From Stylophora pistillata (lineage: Eukaryota): 64,000 bases of DNA. Each line of letters begins with the position of its first letter. Position 1 is the first letter of the stretch. The stretch lies in NCBI RefSeq assembly GCF_002571385.2, contig NW_019218252.1:4181-68180 (forward strand), given 5' to 3'. Made by a program: the position numbers and the translations under genes. Of the stretch, positions 37,041-51,000 are shown in pieces. Under the pieces are notes generated by a model. It saw only the letters and a program-made list of their open reading frames with translations. It searched no databases and was not told the origin of the DNA.

Positions 37041-38968
37041 CCAAATGTTGTTGAGTGAAGATATTCCGTTACTCTTACCCCTGTTAATTCACTTTCGAAT
37101 TACTTATTTCAACCCTAGCGTTACCTTAAAGTTGAAGTGTTTCATAAAAAGTTGACGGCGTTTCCTTCAATGGAACTTTTTTAAAAACTTTCTAAAGAGT
37201 GTGTTAACCTTGTTTCATTGCTTTACATATTTTCCCCTTCGTTAGTGCCAGACGGGAATTCTGTATAGGATTTGAAATGACCCCTCATTTTCAAGGGTAC
37301 GAAAAGACATATTGCAGGTTGATACAAAAACAAACTAATGAAAAATAGTCTTTTCTGTTTAAATCTACTATAAACTTAAATAAAGCAACATAAAAACAAG
37401 TAGGAGAATGGAGCTCTGTGGGAAAATTTAGTGTTGGTTTAGTGAAAAGAAAATTTGCAGAATGGAGATTAAGGAGGGAGTGCAAAGAACGTATTTAGAC
37501 AAGAATACAGGTGAAGCATTTTAAATAAGTGTCTGAACGATTTTCAAATTTGCGAGATATACTAAACCCTCACAACTGATAAAGATAGATCCCAAGAAGA
37601 GCACATTTGACTAAACCAAATTGTATTCTTCATTTTTAAAGCGGAGCAATCCGAATTACGTAGGTATCAAGAGAGAGCGAATGTTCGATGTGATAGGTTC
37701 TCTGAGTGCTAGCATCGACAAGCTTGTCATAGACCGAGAGCTGAGTGTGAATCCAGAGATGGGCGAACTGTGCATCGTTTACGGCGTTGGGGTGTACAAC
37801 CGCGCACAGAGTTTTAACTCAGTTCAACCTGCAATTAAGAAAAGCAGAGATTTTGCATGTAGCATATAATTGCTTCACGATGATTCGTAAAGGCGGAACA
37901 TACGGTGATTATTTCCCCCGTTGGAATTTCCCTAAGACAGAAAATGGCAGAAAATATCACTGCCCTAATTTACGGCTGGTTTAAAAACGAAACTTTACAG
38001 CCAAGAGCAAAAACTAAGCCATCAGGAAACAAAGCGCGAAATCTGAACAAACATTTCAATACACAAAGTTGTAAGTGAAAAATTGTGTTTTATCTGGTTT
38101 GAGCTAACAAGACTACGAAACAGCCCTTGACTAGTTGAGTGGAAGTTTCACCTCCAGTTCAAATACGATGATTTTATAAAAGTTGTATTTTCAATACCCA
38201 AATGGGTGCATTTCGTAATTAGCAGTAAAAACGTGTAGTATTCCGGTAACATAGCCCTTTAGTTCTAAATTTAACTTACTCTAAGCAAATTGAATTTATT
38301 TGGCCTCTGATTACATGACGAAAAATAAGGCAAATTGACTAGACGCATAGTCAACACTACACTCTTTCAAAAATAAAATATTAAAAACAAGCAAACAAAA
38401 AAGGTAATCTGTAAAAGTTTGTTGTGTTCGCAGGTTCAGCCTGAAATGGAAAAATATGACAACATTGAAAATTTATTTTAAATTTTTTAGATAACAATGG
38501 AAGGAATAAAAAATAGGACCAGTGCGATTCCCAAACTAAACTTTGAAGTCAGCTTGGGAAAAATACGTCAAATTCGTGATTATTTTCGTTTTTTTTTTTT
38601 TTAGATCTATTTGACAGTTTTTGCAAGCAATTCTTCTATTCTCATCTTTACTATCTAACGTGGTTCGGTTCTTCCCCCCCCTCGACATCCGTTTTTCGGT
38701 TTTTCAAAGCACAGAGGAGCAGTTTCTAGTTTTCCTTACTCACTCGTCCGAATAAGTGCCACCAACCATTTCATACCCGTTTAGATCATAACCCTTTATA
38801 ATTTTTCGAATTTGAACGATTTTTATGCCAGTTCTCGTTTCCCTGTTAGACTAGGTGACCTCTCTTAATATAAGTTGGTGGGAATTGAGCAACCGATTTA
38901 GATTTATTAACGTCCCGAAAATAGAAAATTTAGAACAAATGTTTTAGTAATGGCCCTACCAAATTTCA

Positions 38969-41900
38969 TTAGACATCCAAGACCGTCACTGGTGATAATA
39001 TGACCATTACTACCCCACTTGGGTTAACAATGGCATGGAAGCTTCCTGTGAACGTTCCAAGATCCTTGTGTTCAAACAGGTCACGTGCCTCAGCTTTTTC
39101 GGCACTTAACCCAACCTGAAGAAAAAAGAACCATAATTATATGCATTACACAATATGTTCTGTTCTTCAATAATCTTAAAGGTTTGGCAAATATTTTCTT
39201 AAGCATCAATAATATGATAACTCTATGTTACTAACCATTTTAAAACTTGCTTCTATAGTTTCAGGGGTAGACTCCGAGTGTGAAAATAACACCACAGCAA
39301 CTGATCCATTAGACAAGGGCCGCGCCCAGATCTCTCTATTTCCTTCCTGAAATTGCAAACAATAACATGGTACATCATAAAATAAACTTAAATTCAAAAG
39401 GTTGCTCCAGAGAGTGGAATTATACCAACATGTAGTAACTGATAACTACAACTCTGAAGAACAGAATATGTGCATTCCTCACCAGCAGAACTCTCCTCCC
39501 CATTCTCCCCAGTTTGTCCTGATTGACAGCTATCACATCACTGAAACATACACCAGAATGGGTTTCTTTCAGTAACTGCTTGACTGACCGATTGATGACT
39601 GGCCCTGTTTAGGGATTGGAAAAATCTATCTACACACATCAAACATAAAAATCTTACCTCTAAAGAAAAGATTTCCAAATTTTGGCCAAATTTTAGCTGA
39701 AATTTTATCCCCTGATCACAAAACTCTTAGTTTGCATATAATAAATGATTTACGTATGATGTGCGATCCTCGCAGTAGATAGCGCTATTTATGCAATAGC
39801 AAAAATCAGACCTGAAAAAAATCAGGCCTGTACAGGACTCGAACCACTGACCTCTGCGATACTAGGTCAGTGGTTCGAGTCCCGTACAGGCCTGATTTTT
39901 TTCAGGTCTGATTTTCGCTATTGCATAAATAGCGCTATCTACTGCGAGGATCGCACATCATACGTATCTAATACCGCAGTTCAAAATGTATGAACTTCAT
40001 ATATTCATTGCATCTAATAAATGATTTATTCTGAATGCAGTGTTAATTAAGAGGTCTCTATTTTATACCTGTTTTGAAGGATTTGTTTTGCCCATGGTGC
40101 AATGTTACGAAGATCAGTGGACATAATAAAGGGGCTGGAAAAAAGTCAAATCACATTGATTCAGTTCATGACCACGCTTGCCAGCCTTGAGATCATTTGC
40201 TTATAAGATATAAATGCAGTAGGATAATTTCTGCTAACTCAAACTTGGACCCCTACTAGTTGGGGAGTTCAAGTTAGTGGGGTTCCACTGTATTTGAGAC
40301 AAAGTGTCAAAGAAGATATGTCAATCTCTGTCCCTGTGTAAGAACTATCAAAGTCACTGTTTGCTTTATTGTACAACTAAATCTGTTGGTCATCTATGTC
40401 AAAGATACTTACAGATGCCATGACAGACCACAGAGCAAACTGTGCCTTTGACTGTTCAAAACTTAAACTGAAATCTCCAATAATGAGCTGAAAGACAATA
40501 ACATACAAATAAATTCAGATTTTTGATAAACCTAGTGGGAATCAAATATCAATACCAAGCTCACTTTACAAATCAAGCTCAACTACACGTGGAATCTGCA
40601 TAACCTTGAAAGCTCTACACATAGTTCTACTTTTTCTTTTTTATCCTAAGAGTTCATTGTATGCTACTCCTTATACACTAGAAGATGAGCAAGAAATCAG
40701 TATTTAAATGTCTCCCTTGTGTGGCTGTGACAATTAATCCACAAACTCTTCAAAATCATTTTTGTTTTCTGTAGTTTAGTTGTGGTAACTAAGCCATTCT
40801 AATCTATTTACCATATCAGGGTCATTCCAGTTTCCCGGCCCTGCAACTGGGATCATTTCATCTTGATGGTCACCATACCATTTAACTATTGATGTAACAC
40901 TTTGCCAAGAATCCTGCAGAAGAAAAAGTAAAACAAAATTTATTCAAGGTCATGTGCTTTGTTTATTGACATAAATAAAGTACCTGTATGTCATCGTAGT
41001 TCCTCCACAAATTGCAGTTTTCAGCTATCCATGTATAGTTGGGCTGTAAAATTAACACTTAAGTCATTAAACAGCCAATAATATTGGAAAGTAGCAACTG
41101 TACAATAACTTAGCAGTTGATATTAGTAATAACTGTCCACTGTTTCCACCTCAAATTGAAACAATTACAAACTTAACCCACACATCATACCAGGTCAGGG
41201 AATCAAAACCCAAGCCATGGGAGGCCAGCCCTCTTGACACTGCGTTATCTCCGCTCCCCTGGTAATAAGGTCACTATGTCATCTCACACAATTTCGCCTT
41301 CAGCATAGAAGTCAACATTATAGGCCAAGAAAAATATGTTAACAATGAAGTCTATCCTCACGGTTTTCTTTGCACTTTGATAGGCTGGCCAGCTGCAGGA
41401 AAATACTATTGGTCTGCCTGTGTTGTTAAGGGCTTTGGTGACCATTGGGTAACCTGTATCCATTTTGTCGGGGTCACTATAACAACCATCCAGCTTTAGG
41501 TAGTCAACTCCCCAGCCAGCAAATGTCTGAAAAGGAGTCAGTGAAACAATTATGGGAAATATTGATGCAAAGGTCACTTAAAGGGTGAACAGATAAAAGT
41601 AAGAATGTCTCTCTCTGGCACAGTTTTAAAGCTACATATAAAATAACTTATACATAGCAACAAACAACATGACTATTAACCTACATCCATGTCTTGTTGA
41701 ATGTGATCAATGGTTCCTGGGTATCCTGCACAGGTTTTTGTTCCATAATCTTAAGAAATGATAATGCACAGAACTATGAACAAAACAATTTAGTAATATG
41801 TCTTTAAATAATGAGCTAAATTATAAACATATTTTGATTGGTGCTTATTAAATACTCATGATCTGTTGGAAGACAGACACCTCTACAAGATCACCATTAA

Positions 41901-44489
41901 CTACATTTTGCTTCAGTTTTTATCAAATCAAACAGAATAGATCACAGAAGACATCTGGATGAGGTGAGAATATCAATGACACAGTCAGCTGCACCTCGTG
42001 TGCCACTTTTCTGTTTTTACCACATTTTGACATCATCTGTGATTTATTACTGTACAGATGTACAGCAACAATTAATCTTAATGTTAATCTTTACAAGTGA
42101 ACAAAACTATAATGATATTTTAACATACATGTAAGGTCTTCTAGTGCTATACCTGCATATATTCCCAACTTTAATCCCTTAGAATGAATCTGAAATTAAA
42201 ATGGTACGAGTAATCTTAGAGAAAAATAGACATTTCTTTTAGGAAGAAACTCTACCAAAAAATACTTTTAAAAGGATTAAAGTATTGTAACAAACTTACG
42301 TAGTCAGCCAGAGCTTTCATTCCACTCGGAAATCTGGCAGGATCAGGCTGGAGTTGACCGTCAGCTGTTCGGTTATGAGACATCCAACAATCCTGCAAAT
42401 TTAAGTGACTTTTGTGAATTTTTTGACAAGTATTAGCAGGGCAGGTACAGAAAATCCCAAATTAGAGAATAAAAAATGAGTAACAGGGAAGGCCTATCTA
42501 ATGTCTCCACTCTTAATTCACTTGCAGGTAACTATTAAACATGACAGTTAAGAAAACCAGAAAATTGAACTAAACAAATTTGACAAATGCCCAACTAGAA
42601 TCTGAAAGGAAGAGGTACCAATCCAGAGAAGAGATTGACAGATAACTTCTCACTATAATATCTATATATTATCCAGCAAACAGGTAATGAGAATACTCAA
42701 ACTTATCAGGTAGAAGTTGTTACCTTGATCTTACACCAAATTCTCCTAACTAATTTACGAGGAAATGTGTAGCAGCTAAAGAGGAGAATTTACAATCAGA
42801 TCTTAAGAATTGAAAGGTTAAACAGCAATCCACCTGAGTGTGAAGATCCTTTCTTTGCTTTAAATCTCACCACAACAAGATCACATCTCTTTACCTTCCT
42901 GAGTTTATTCCCTACCACAAAGTTAATCCATGCATTTGAATTATTACTACAAGCAGTTGACATCTCTCAGGGATAACACCTCCTCTCCATAGATCCAAAC
43001 TCACAAAATAATTGGTCCAAACAGTCCTCAGTTATCCTCAGATCTCTACAATTTTCAGAGTAAACCAAACAGCAAATGACGATGAATTTAAATAAACAAT
43101 TATCAAACCTTACATCAATAGACACATATTCATAGCCAACATCCTTAAAACCATCTTCAGCCATACGAGATGCCATATCCATGAATAATTTTTCACTGAA
43201 ACAGTTAAAGAAAGAAACATTTTAAACTGCACCAAACTTCTCCATATTACAGATCAGTGTGCAGACTTGCCGATTGCATAAGCCTCCTATCAACCCAAAG
43301 AACATTACAAATTTTGTTTTCCATTCTAATTTCTTATTCTAATTTATTCCATGACTTGCACCAAGTTACTGATTTAAAGAACATTAGTCAAGAGGTTTTA
43401 TACATCACTGATTTGAGAAAAAGGACAGAATTTCACATGTTTCCACCTGCAATATTAGCCACCCATTACACCATCAGCAGCCACTTATAGAAAAAGTTAT
43501 AAAAGCCTCTGCTTAAAGGAAGTCAAATGTGGACAAACAAAGCAAACACTCTCACCCCCTGCTTTGTTTATAACTGCTGTAAATAAACATAAATCAATAA
43601 ATTAAGCAGTTACCCAATGCAGTTGTCAGGGTCATTTTTGCAGTCTGTGTTACAACGGAATCTCTCCCAGTCCATCCATCCCACTATAAAAGGAAAGAAA
43701 CGCTGCTGTAATAAACAAGGGTGTGGGTCCATTATAGCAATTGTCAAAAGCAACCTAGCTACCCCTCCCTCCCCCTAACTCCACTAATGTAGGACATCTC
43801 CTTGGAAAATATTGTCTTCATCCTTGATTAATCTCTTATCCTGTCCATATGGTGGAAAACATCACCCTGTCCCAAGAAAACTCCAGGAGAACTTATTCAC
43901 TTTTTTGAGCTTCATCTTGTCTGTCCTCACCTATTAAGGTAAGCACTTCTCCTGCAAAGAGTGACTGCTTTGAACAAGTTCTCTACAACTGAATTTTAAT
44001 CATTTTGCTTGTAAATGCTGGAAAGAGATTCTTCTTAAAAAAAGCAGTTGTCCTAGAGGCAACCCATTGATTTCTTTATCCAAGAACTGTATTTAGTATG
44101 GGGCTGTGCGGAAATCTTTCCCAGCTTTCAATTGACTTCTAAATGAAGTTTAACGAACTAAATTAGCTAAAAAAAAGAAAAAAAACCAAATCAACTTTGG
44201 GGGAAAGAAACCAGTTAGTCATAGTCCGATAGAAGAAGACGTAAGATTTTCTTCTAGAACACTTGACAAGCTGATTACAAGTCAGTGATCAGCTGTGTAT
44301 CATGTGATATATATAACCGCAACTGATCTGCGATATTCTTCCCGAAAGTTGCCCAAAACTAATATATATTAGCAACTTACTTGGTGGTGTTAAGGCTAGA
44401 CCATTGTCAAGAGACTTTACAAATAAGTTTTCCTGCCATGATGCCATAAAAACAATTAGTAAGAGCACGCAAGACAGTCCGGGCGCCAT
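38969..44489 (-). CDS. NAGA: Alpha-N-acetylgalactosaminidase (GH27), paralog 1 (14 exons, ~412 aa); apparent +1 frameshift in exon 11
   Basis: Exons 44489-44381, 43683-43614, 43195-43114, 42392-42300, 42189-42153, 41749-41685, 41526-41362, 41043-40984, 40913-40812, 40487-40413, 40134-40069, 39540-39483, 39346-39236, 39115-38969. [31 protein letters not shown] (nucleophile), FSCSWPAY (NAGA-type S/A rather than GLA E/L), WRNYDDI, WNDPDM. Confidence 0.9.
39753..40014. mobile_element. Palindromic tRNA-like insertion with a 14-bp target-site duplication
   Basis: Arms 39751-39853 and 39864-39966 (2 mismatches). taataaatgattta at 39739-39752 and 40015-40028. Confidence 0.88.
42640..42822. mobile_element. 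MITE, TTAA-ended family
   Basis: Similar to 10095-10285 and 53917-54128; ends aaaggttaa. Confidence 0.65.
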
Positions 44490-44926
44490 TGTGCATAGAA
44501 ACTGAGAGAGGCGATATACCAGGTCCTCTCATACTGAAAAGTCACGCAATCAGAATAACGTAACATCAACCATTGGTGACAAAATAAATTCAACTGATGT
44601 AACATATTTTCCATGATCAGATCATCCTTTAGTTAAAACAAAAATTAGAACGCGGCAAAAGCGTAGAGTGGAACCTTTTCGTCGCTTTTCACCTTTCGTT
44701 TCTGACTCTAAAAATATATCATTCTCGTAAGATGAGCCAAAGATCACGTGAGTAAAAACCAACTGTAATGAAAACGTTCTAGATGTTTTTAAGGTTCCAT
44801 TTAATTTTTTACATCACAGACTTTTATAATTGTGCCTATCTAGCGGTTGTTCGGAAACTTTAATATTTATATTCTTTATCTTTTTCCATTTATCATAGAT
44901 TACGTTTTCCGAGATTCAATTTGAAA

Positions 44927-45357
44927 GGAGGGGGCATTGGGATTTACGGTTTTGCGGTTTTGGCCAATTTTTTAGATCAGTTTTGCGGTATTTGTGCCAA
45001 AAAAAACCTCGGTTTTTCGGTTTTGTTGTTCATTGCATTTTGTAGGTCTTCTATTTACAGCATTTGGTTTTCGGTTTTCGTCAAAAATTGTGACGGGTAC
45101 TCGGATTTGGTATCCGATGTGCTTTTTCGGTTTTTCATATTGAGTTTCTCTTCGATCTTAACAGCAGCAGGAGCCTCTTGGCAGCAGTTATACGCCGCGC
45201 CTCTGCTGATCTCGAATAGCCGCGAAACCTATGCTGCTCCACTTGTAACCACAGTAGCAGTTGGATTAGGATTTTGACAACTGAGATGAGCAAATTTATC
45301 AGTTTAGACGGTTTTGCATGCGGTTTTTGGTTTTGATCGAATTTTTTGCGGTTTTGC
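44927..45357. repeat. Non-autonomous DNA-transposon-like fragment rich in cggtttt submotifs
   Basis: Terminal gaggggcattgggatttacggttttgcgg; a related inverted end lies at ~48570-48605. Confidence 0.5.
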
Positions 45358-46669
45358 CTGAAAGTTTCTCTTGAACATTAGGGATATCGTAATTGTTACA
45401 TTTGCCATAGTTGTCATTTTACTTAATTTAGTAAGACTTCAAGTGTAGCCAACATACTCTAGGTATAAGCTATAACAATCGCTTGTGATTCAGTTATCGT
45501 GACAAAAATGTATGGACAATCTGGAAAGCTACGGGGACAACACCGTTTCAGAGGTACTTTAAGGCATTTGGACACGCCCAGTGATAATCTCTTGTAAATT
45601 TAAGACCTGCACGTTTTGTTTTGATTTTTTGTTTTTATTGCTATGAATGACAAAGAAGTATTGCTCTGTCCCTCTAGCTGTGTGAGAAGATTACCCAGCT
45701 TGGCTGGGAGTTTATCCACAGCTCATAACAACGAAGATCGCCGGTAACTCTTTTCCGGGCCTTGTCGAGTGCAGCCGTTTGCGCTTTGCGCGCGGATTCG
45801 CTCTTTTCAGCTCGCTATACGGTCGTAGCTAAGAAAGAAGGTCTGTTGATAACTTGCATTACTTAAGTATTGACTTAGAAAGCTCAGCTGAATTCCAGAA
45901 CGTCTGTTCGGTAACTCGGCAAGTGATTTGAAGTTACGCGAGCGAACGAGATGTGGGTGAATATACAGTGACTAGACACGCGCTGTGATGATGGCTATTT
46001 CGCTAAATGAACAATGTAAAAGGCTGCTGTTTGATTTTTACCTTTTTTTTATTTCGCTAGCTTTGATATCGTTACCTTTCTATGGAACTACAGCTTCCAG
46101 TAATGGTAATCAATAACTGAATGGACTTCACTCATAAACACAAGTATACTTTACTATTTCTATTTTCTTGGCTTGTCCATCTAGGTATCTTGGTTACGGA
46201 ATCACAAAATAGGTAAAAACAGTCTAGCTATCACATTCTTAAAATCTAAGTTTTATATTCTTACTTTATATTAAAATAGTTTTGGAGCAATTTTAGCTTT
46301 TAGATATAAACACTCAAAATAAAAATTAAAACTAATTACAAATCTCAACCTAGAAAATACTTTAAACAACGTTTACAGGGCGTTTAACTTAGCAATTCTA
46401 ACTTACAGGGAACTGAATTTAACCTCAATTTCTACGAAGGAAATCATCCTCACCAGAGACGACCTTATAATCGTTAGAAAAGTTACATGTTTCTGCGGTG
46501 ATTAAAAGGCTGTTAAACAAGAAAAGGAGCAAATGTGATTATATGTCTCTGGTAAGAACTGCAAAAATGCTGCGTAAACAAAAAAAATTAAAAACAAAAT
46601 CGATAGGTATTGTAAGTAAAGGATTCTAATCAAATTATAAGTAAAGGCTAATAGAAGAGAAATTTGAAT

Positions 46670-46796
46670 CAATCTCAGAAACTGAGCAACTACGCACCTA
46701 CCCCTTCCCTAACGACCAACAATCAACAAATTATGGTTAATTATTCGGTTAGGGAAGGGGTGGGTGGGCAATTACTTAAGATACTGTCACTGATCC
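46670..46796. mobile_element. MITE with long imperfect TIRs
   Basis: actgagcaactacgcacctaccccttccctaac ... gttagggaaggggtgggtgggcaattacttaag; same family as 2741-2920. Confidence 0.75.
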
Positions 46797-46962
46797 TGAA
46801 AATACGGTAAATTTTGTCATCCAATGTTTATAGTCGTAAAATCAAGGCACCTCAAACGCAACTATAGCATATTGAAATTCAGTTCTTTAAGTCTCCGTAA
46901 ATCTTCCGTGTACATCAAAATATTAAAATCAGTTTATAATCTCTTGTGTACCTGTAATCATC

Positions 46963-47178
46963 TAGCATGTGTACAGCCGCCCCATCCCCTCGAAAAAATC
47001 GGGGAGGGAGCGAAAAAATCGGGGAGAGATCGAAAAAATCGGGGAGGGAGCGAAAAAATCGGGGAGGGAGCGAAAAAATCGGGGAGAGATCGAAAAAATC
47101 GGGGAGAGATCGAAAAAATCGGGGAGGGAGCTCCCTCCCCGATTTCTTCGAGGGGGTTGGGCGGCTGTACACAGGCTA
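46963..47178. mobile_element. Palindromic MITE (TAG...CTA) with a 9-bp TSD and an internal 7x20-bp tandem expansion
   Basis: TSD gtaatcatc at 46954-46962 and 47179-47187. Units cgaaaaaatcggggag(ggag/agat) span 46991-47130. Confidence 0.9.
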
Positions 47179-47611
47179 GTAATCATCCACATATTCTATT
47201 TACCAATTATACAGAACTGACCAATCCGATAGCAAAAAACAAGCACTGAAATCCATCTTAGGTTTTTGTCATCTGCGCTTGATGTGGTCGTAGCCAGTGA
47301 TTGACACAATTTATTGTGACTAGTACGCAGCTGCAGAAGTCACTTTGCTGTCGTCTGGGTTCACGAACGTAAATAACGATCAAAACTGATCAAAATCCAT
47401 TAAGCGGTCTTTCGGAACAATTCGTTTCAAGAAGAATTAACGATTGTTTCAGTTGGAAACACTGTTCGTTTTCTTTAGACTGATGCGATAGTTTTGGTTT
47501 AGAGACCTCGATAATAAACGCAACTTGTTCGCGCGTGTTTTGCTGCCCTTTACGCGTGTCGCGCGGACAGGTCGTAGAATGATCATTGGTTGGTTCTCTA
47601 TATCTACGTTT

Positions 47612-47965
47612 TAAATTAATTTATTAGCTTCGCAGACAGGCAGGGACCCCGCAACAGCTTGCGCCAATTACTGCGGGCCCTAGTACCCACCCATCCCATC
47701 CCAGGGGAGGACATCCACCACGCAGTGATCTCGTGCGTGGGAAATTAACGTCTCCTACCCCTACCCTACAGGAGACGGGACCTATGGTTTATTCGTCCTT
47801 ATCCGAGAAGACTAGAATATCTATCCATTTCCTGATATTATAGAAAGGTAGCACATTCTCCTCAGTAATTTTAAGCCCTGGAGTGTTGGTCCGGCCGGGG
47901 CTCGAACCCTCGACTTCCCGCTCAACAGTCCGGCGCTATATCCATTGAGCTAACCGGGAGGCGGT
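47612..47965 (-). mobile_element. tRNA-derived SINE with a Deu/Nin-like central domain, copy A
   Basis: Minus strand: A box TAGCTCAATGG, B box GGTTCGAGCCC, then gtcttctcggataaggacgaataaaccataggtcccgtc, and an AT-rich tail. Domain name is from recall. Confidence 0.82.
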
Positions 47966-48018
47966 TTTACAAATAAATAATAATTTTAAATAAAAAAACA
48001 AACTGCTGCTGATCCATC

Positions 48019-51000
48019 TCACAACTCATAATGTATAGGAGACAATTTGACCATGACTACCCCACTAGGGTTAACTTTAGCCCTGAAGCTTTTCTTGAAT
48101 GTGCCGAGGTCCTTATGTTCAAAAAGATCGCGTGCCTTCGCCATGATGGTAGGCAGACCAACCTAAAAGAAACAATGATAACAATAATATTGAATTAGGA
48201 ATAGGAAAATCCCTCTCACGCTAGAAGGGAGAAAAAGCGAAATAAAACATCTGTTAAGGTTCGTCATGTCTGTATTCCAGCGAAGTGACCCATCAAGATA
48301 GAAGTTTATCCCGATTTCTATGGCATATTGCGACTCGGAGTATCATTGCCAGTCTATCAAAAGGTCATTGCGTTCGACAATCAATTAACCACGGGTTATC
48401 AAAGGTTAGTTTTTTAAAAGGGTTAAAGAATAAACTTCAACACTGGAAATGGTTTATTTCACCAAACACCGTCGGTTTGAAATTTAAAACATCGTAGGCC
48501 CTAAGGTTTGAGTTCACCGTAACACCGCAATGCGAGTTGTTCTTCATCGCAATACATGTACCGTATTGAAAAAAGGGTCAACACCGCAAACCCCAATGTC
48601 CCCCTGTCTCTAGAATCGAGATTTCGTTTTGTTATCTTTGATGAAGCTATCAGTCAGTTTTTGTTGAGTCAACTTTCATGAAAATTCGCCACCACCCATT
48701 AACATTACAAGGTAAGAAGAGTCACCGTATGTGAGAGTAAACTTTCACAGTTTAAGAAGTTAAACCACCCACTTCGGAAACCATATCTCTCTAAAGATGT
48801 TTCCACTCAAGTGCTAAACATAAATCGTCTCAGCGATTTGCCAAATTATACAGACGCATTAAAGCTAATTTTCAACATTTCAAAGACTCCATGTCAAAAA
48901 ATTTATATTTTAGCTGTACCTCGTGGAAGAACGCCTCAATGTGAATGGGCTGGTCAGCTCTACGACTGGACAAAACCACAGCAACAGATCCATCATGCAG
49001 CGGACGACACCACACCTCAGTAAACCTCCTGGGGGACTAATCAACAATTATATAGAGTTTACTAGTCAGAAATGAGTTGAGAATATAGCCGATGAAGCAA
49101 ATACTGGTATAGCGAGTTTCTCATATTAATGTCCAAAGTATTCCCAAATTGCATACATTTCGCGTTACATCTCAGTGCTCCGATAAACTCTTCCGTGACC
49201 GAAATCGGAAGCTAGTCTTTAAAATCAGACTAGCGTTTGAATTAGATTACTAGTTTGAAAAATGAAACACTTGTGTCTAAAATCGGACATTTGTGACTAA
49301 AATCGTACAATAGTGCAGGGCTTGAAATAAAGGCCCCTTCAACGATAATGTCCGGTCAAAATTAGGTCAAAATTATATTTGTAAGGAAAAATTTAGAGTT
49401 TAAGTCAAGACCTACTAGTGTCTAAAATCGGTCACTAGTGCCTAAAACCGGACACCAGTGCTTAGAACCGGACACTATAGTCTAAAATCGGACACTGGTG
49501 TCCAAAATCGGACACAAGTGTGTTTTCATTTTGGTTTTTCTCTTGTTACTATCGTTGTTGTTGTTGTTTGTTGTTTTTTACTTGTTTTCCCTATCCGGCA
49601 CAAATGCATGATCCCCTTTGTGTTAAGAAACATTTCTTTGTGAGGAATCAGAAGACAGATTCGTTCCTGTTTAACATAAAAACACTCTCGCCTGTACTTG
49701 GATTCTAACCTGAGTCACTCGTCGCCCCATCTTTCCCAGTTTGTCCTGATTCACATCTATCACCTCCCTGACAAAAAAGGGAGAGAAACCAAAAAATTGA
49801 ATAAAAGGAAAATCCTCTGTAACTTGGCTTGGAAGAGGAAAGTGGGGAGTAGCGATGACGCAATGGTAAGAATGCTCGCTTCCTTCTTCTGGTGCCTGGG
49901 TTCGATTCTCAAACCTGACATTACATATGGTTTTAGCTTTTTGTTGATTCTCGTTCTCAGTCCGAGAGTTTTTCCCAGGGTTCTCAGCTTTACCTTCCTG
50001 AATTCAACCTGGCAGCGCTGACAAAGGCCACTCTGCGAGAGTCTTACTTTTAACTTCCAATTTATCTATTTCTATATCAGTGATGATCCAGCTGTTTCTT
50101 CACTGAGTTATTTTAAATCAACTGAACCTCTTACATGTTTAATAATATTTCCCTGGCCCATGGAGCAATATCACGAAGATCGTTTGACATCATGAGAGGC
50201 TGTAACGTAAAAAAATATTACAGAAAACATCAAAATAAAATAAATGACCAATAATCATCTGTCTCCAAACTACATGTAAAATATCTACCAAGATCGCATC
50301 AAAGATCAAAGGACAATTACAGAAAATTGTGCCATAACTTACAGCAGCCAGAATTGCCCAGAGAGCAAACTGTGACTTAGACTGTTCTTAGCTAAGACCA
50401 AAATTTCCAATCAACAGCTGATGAAACAAAACATCTGGTGAGCAATTGATCATAACTCATATTCTACTGTGTAAATGAACGAGTGAGTTTATTCATGCCT
50501 GACATACGTACTGACCTGAATTTTTAGTTTCTTAATTTGCACCAATGAAGTACCATGCAAGTTACTCCGAAAGTTATGAATTTTACGTCTGGTTGCTATT
50601 TTGAACTGTTTTCCCTTCAGTTTGGAATTTTCAATAGAAAAAGAGCATGACTTATAACATGAAGCAGGTAGGTCAGCGGAAACCAAATTTTCGGAATTTA
50701 TAAGTAAACAGGCCCTTTCTAAGGTAAAAGCAACAACTTAGGAAAGTTCAAAAACGATGCCAGTTGGTTAGAGCAGGTCACTTGGTGCCCTCCACAGGCC
50801 CTTTTTGGATACTGGCCATCTTTGTTTGTGTCATGTATCCCAAATGAAAGCCTTCTCAAGTGGAGAATCACTTATGACTGTAGGGTGGAGGTTGTGGTTT
50901 CAAAGTGCTGGATATGAAGCTGGTGTGGCAGGTCTAAAGTCAGGGCTCATGGGTTGTTAGCGCAACAGTACAACATTGACAGGCAGTGGCTTTGAGATCA

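Noticed and set aside
46991-47130. CRISPR-like regular repeats (also 49415-49520)
   Set aside because: Head-to-tail units without unique spacers, eukaryotic context, no cas genes.
48920-49036. Apparent second frameshift in NAGA-2 exon 13 (109 nt using the CCCCAG acceptor)
   Set aside because: An upstream TTAG acceptor gives a 117-nt in-frame exon, so a lesion is not required; RNA data are needed.
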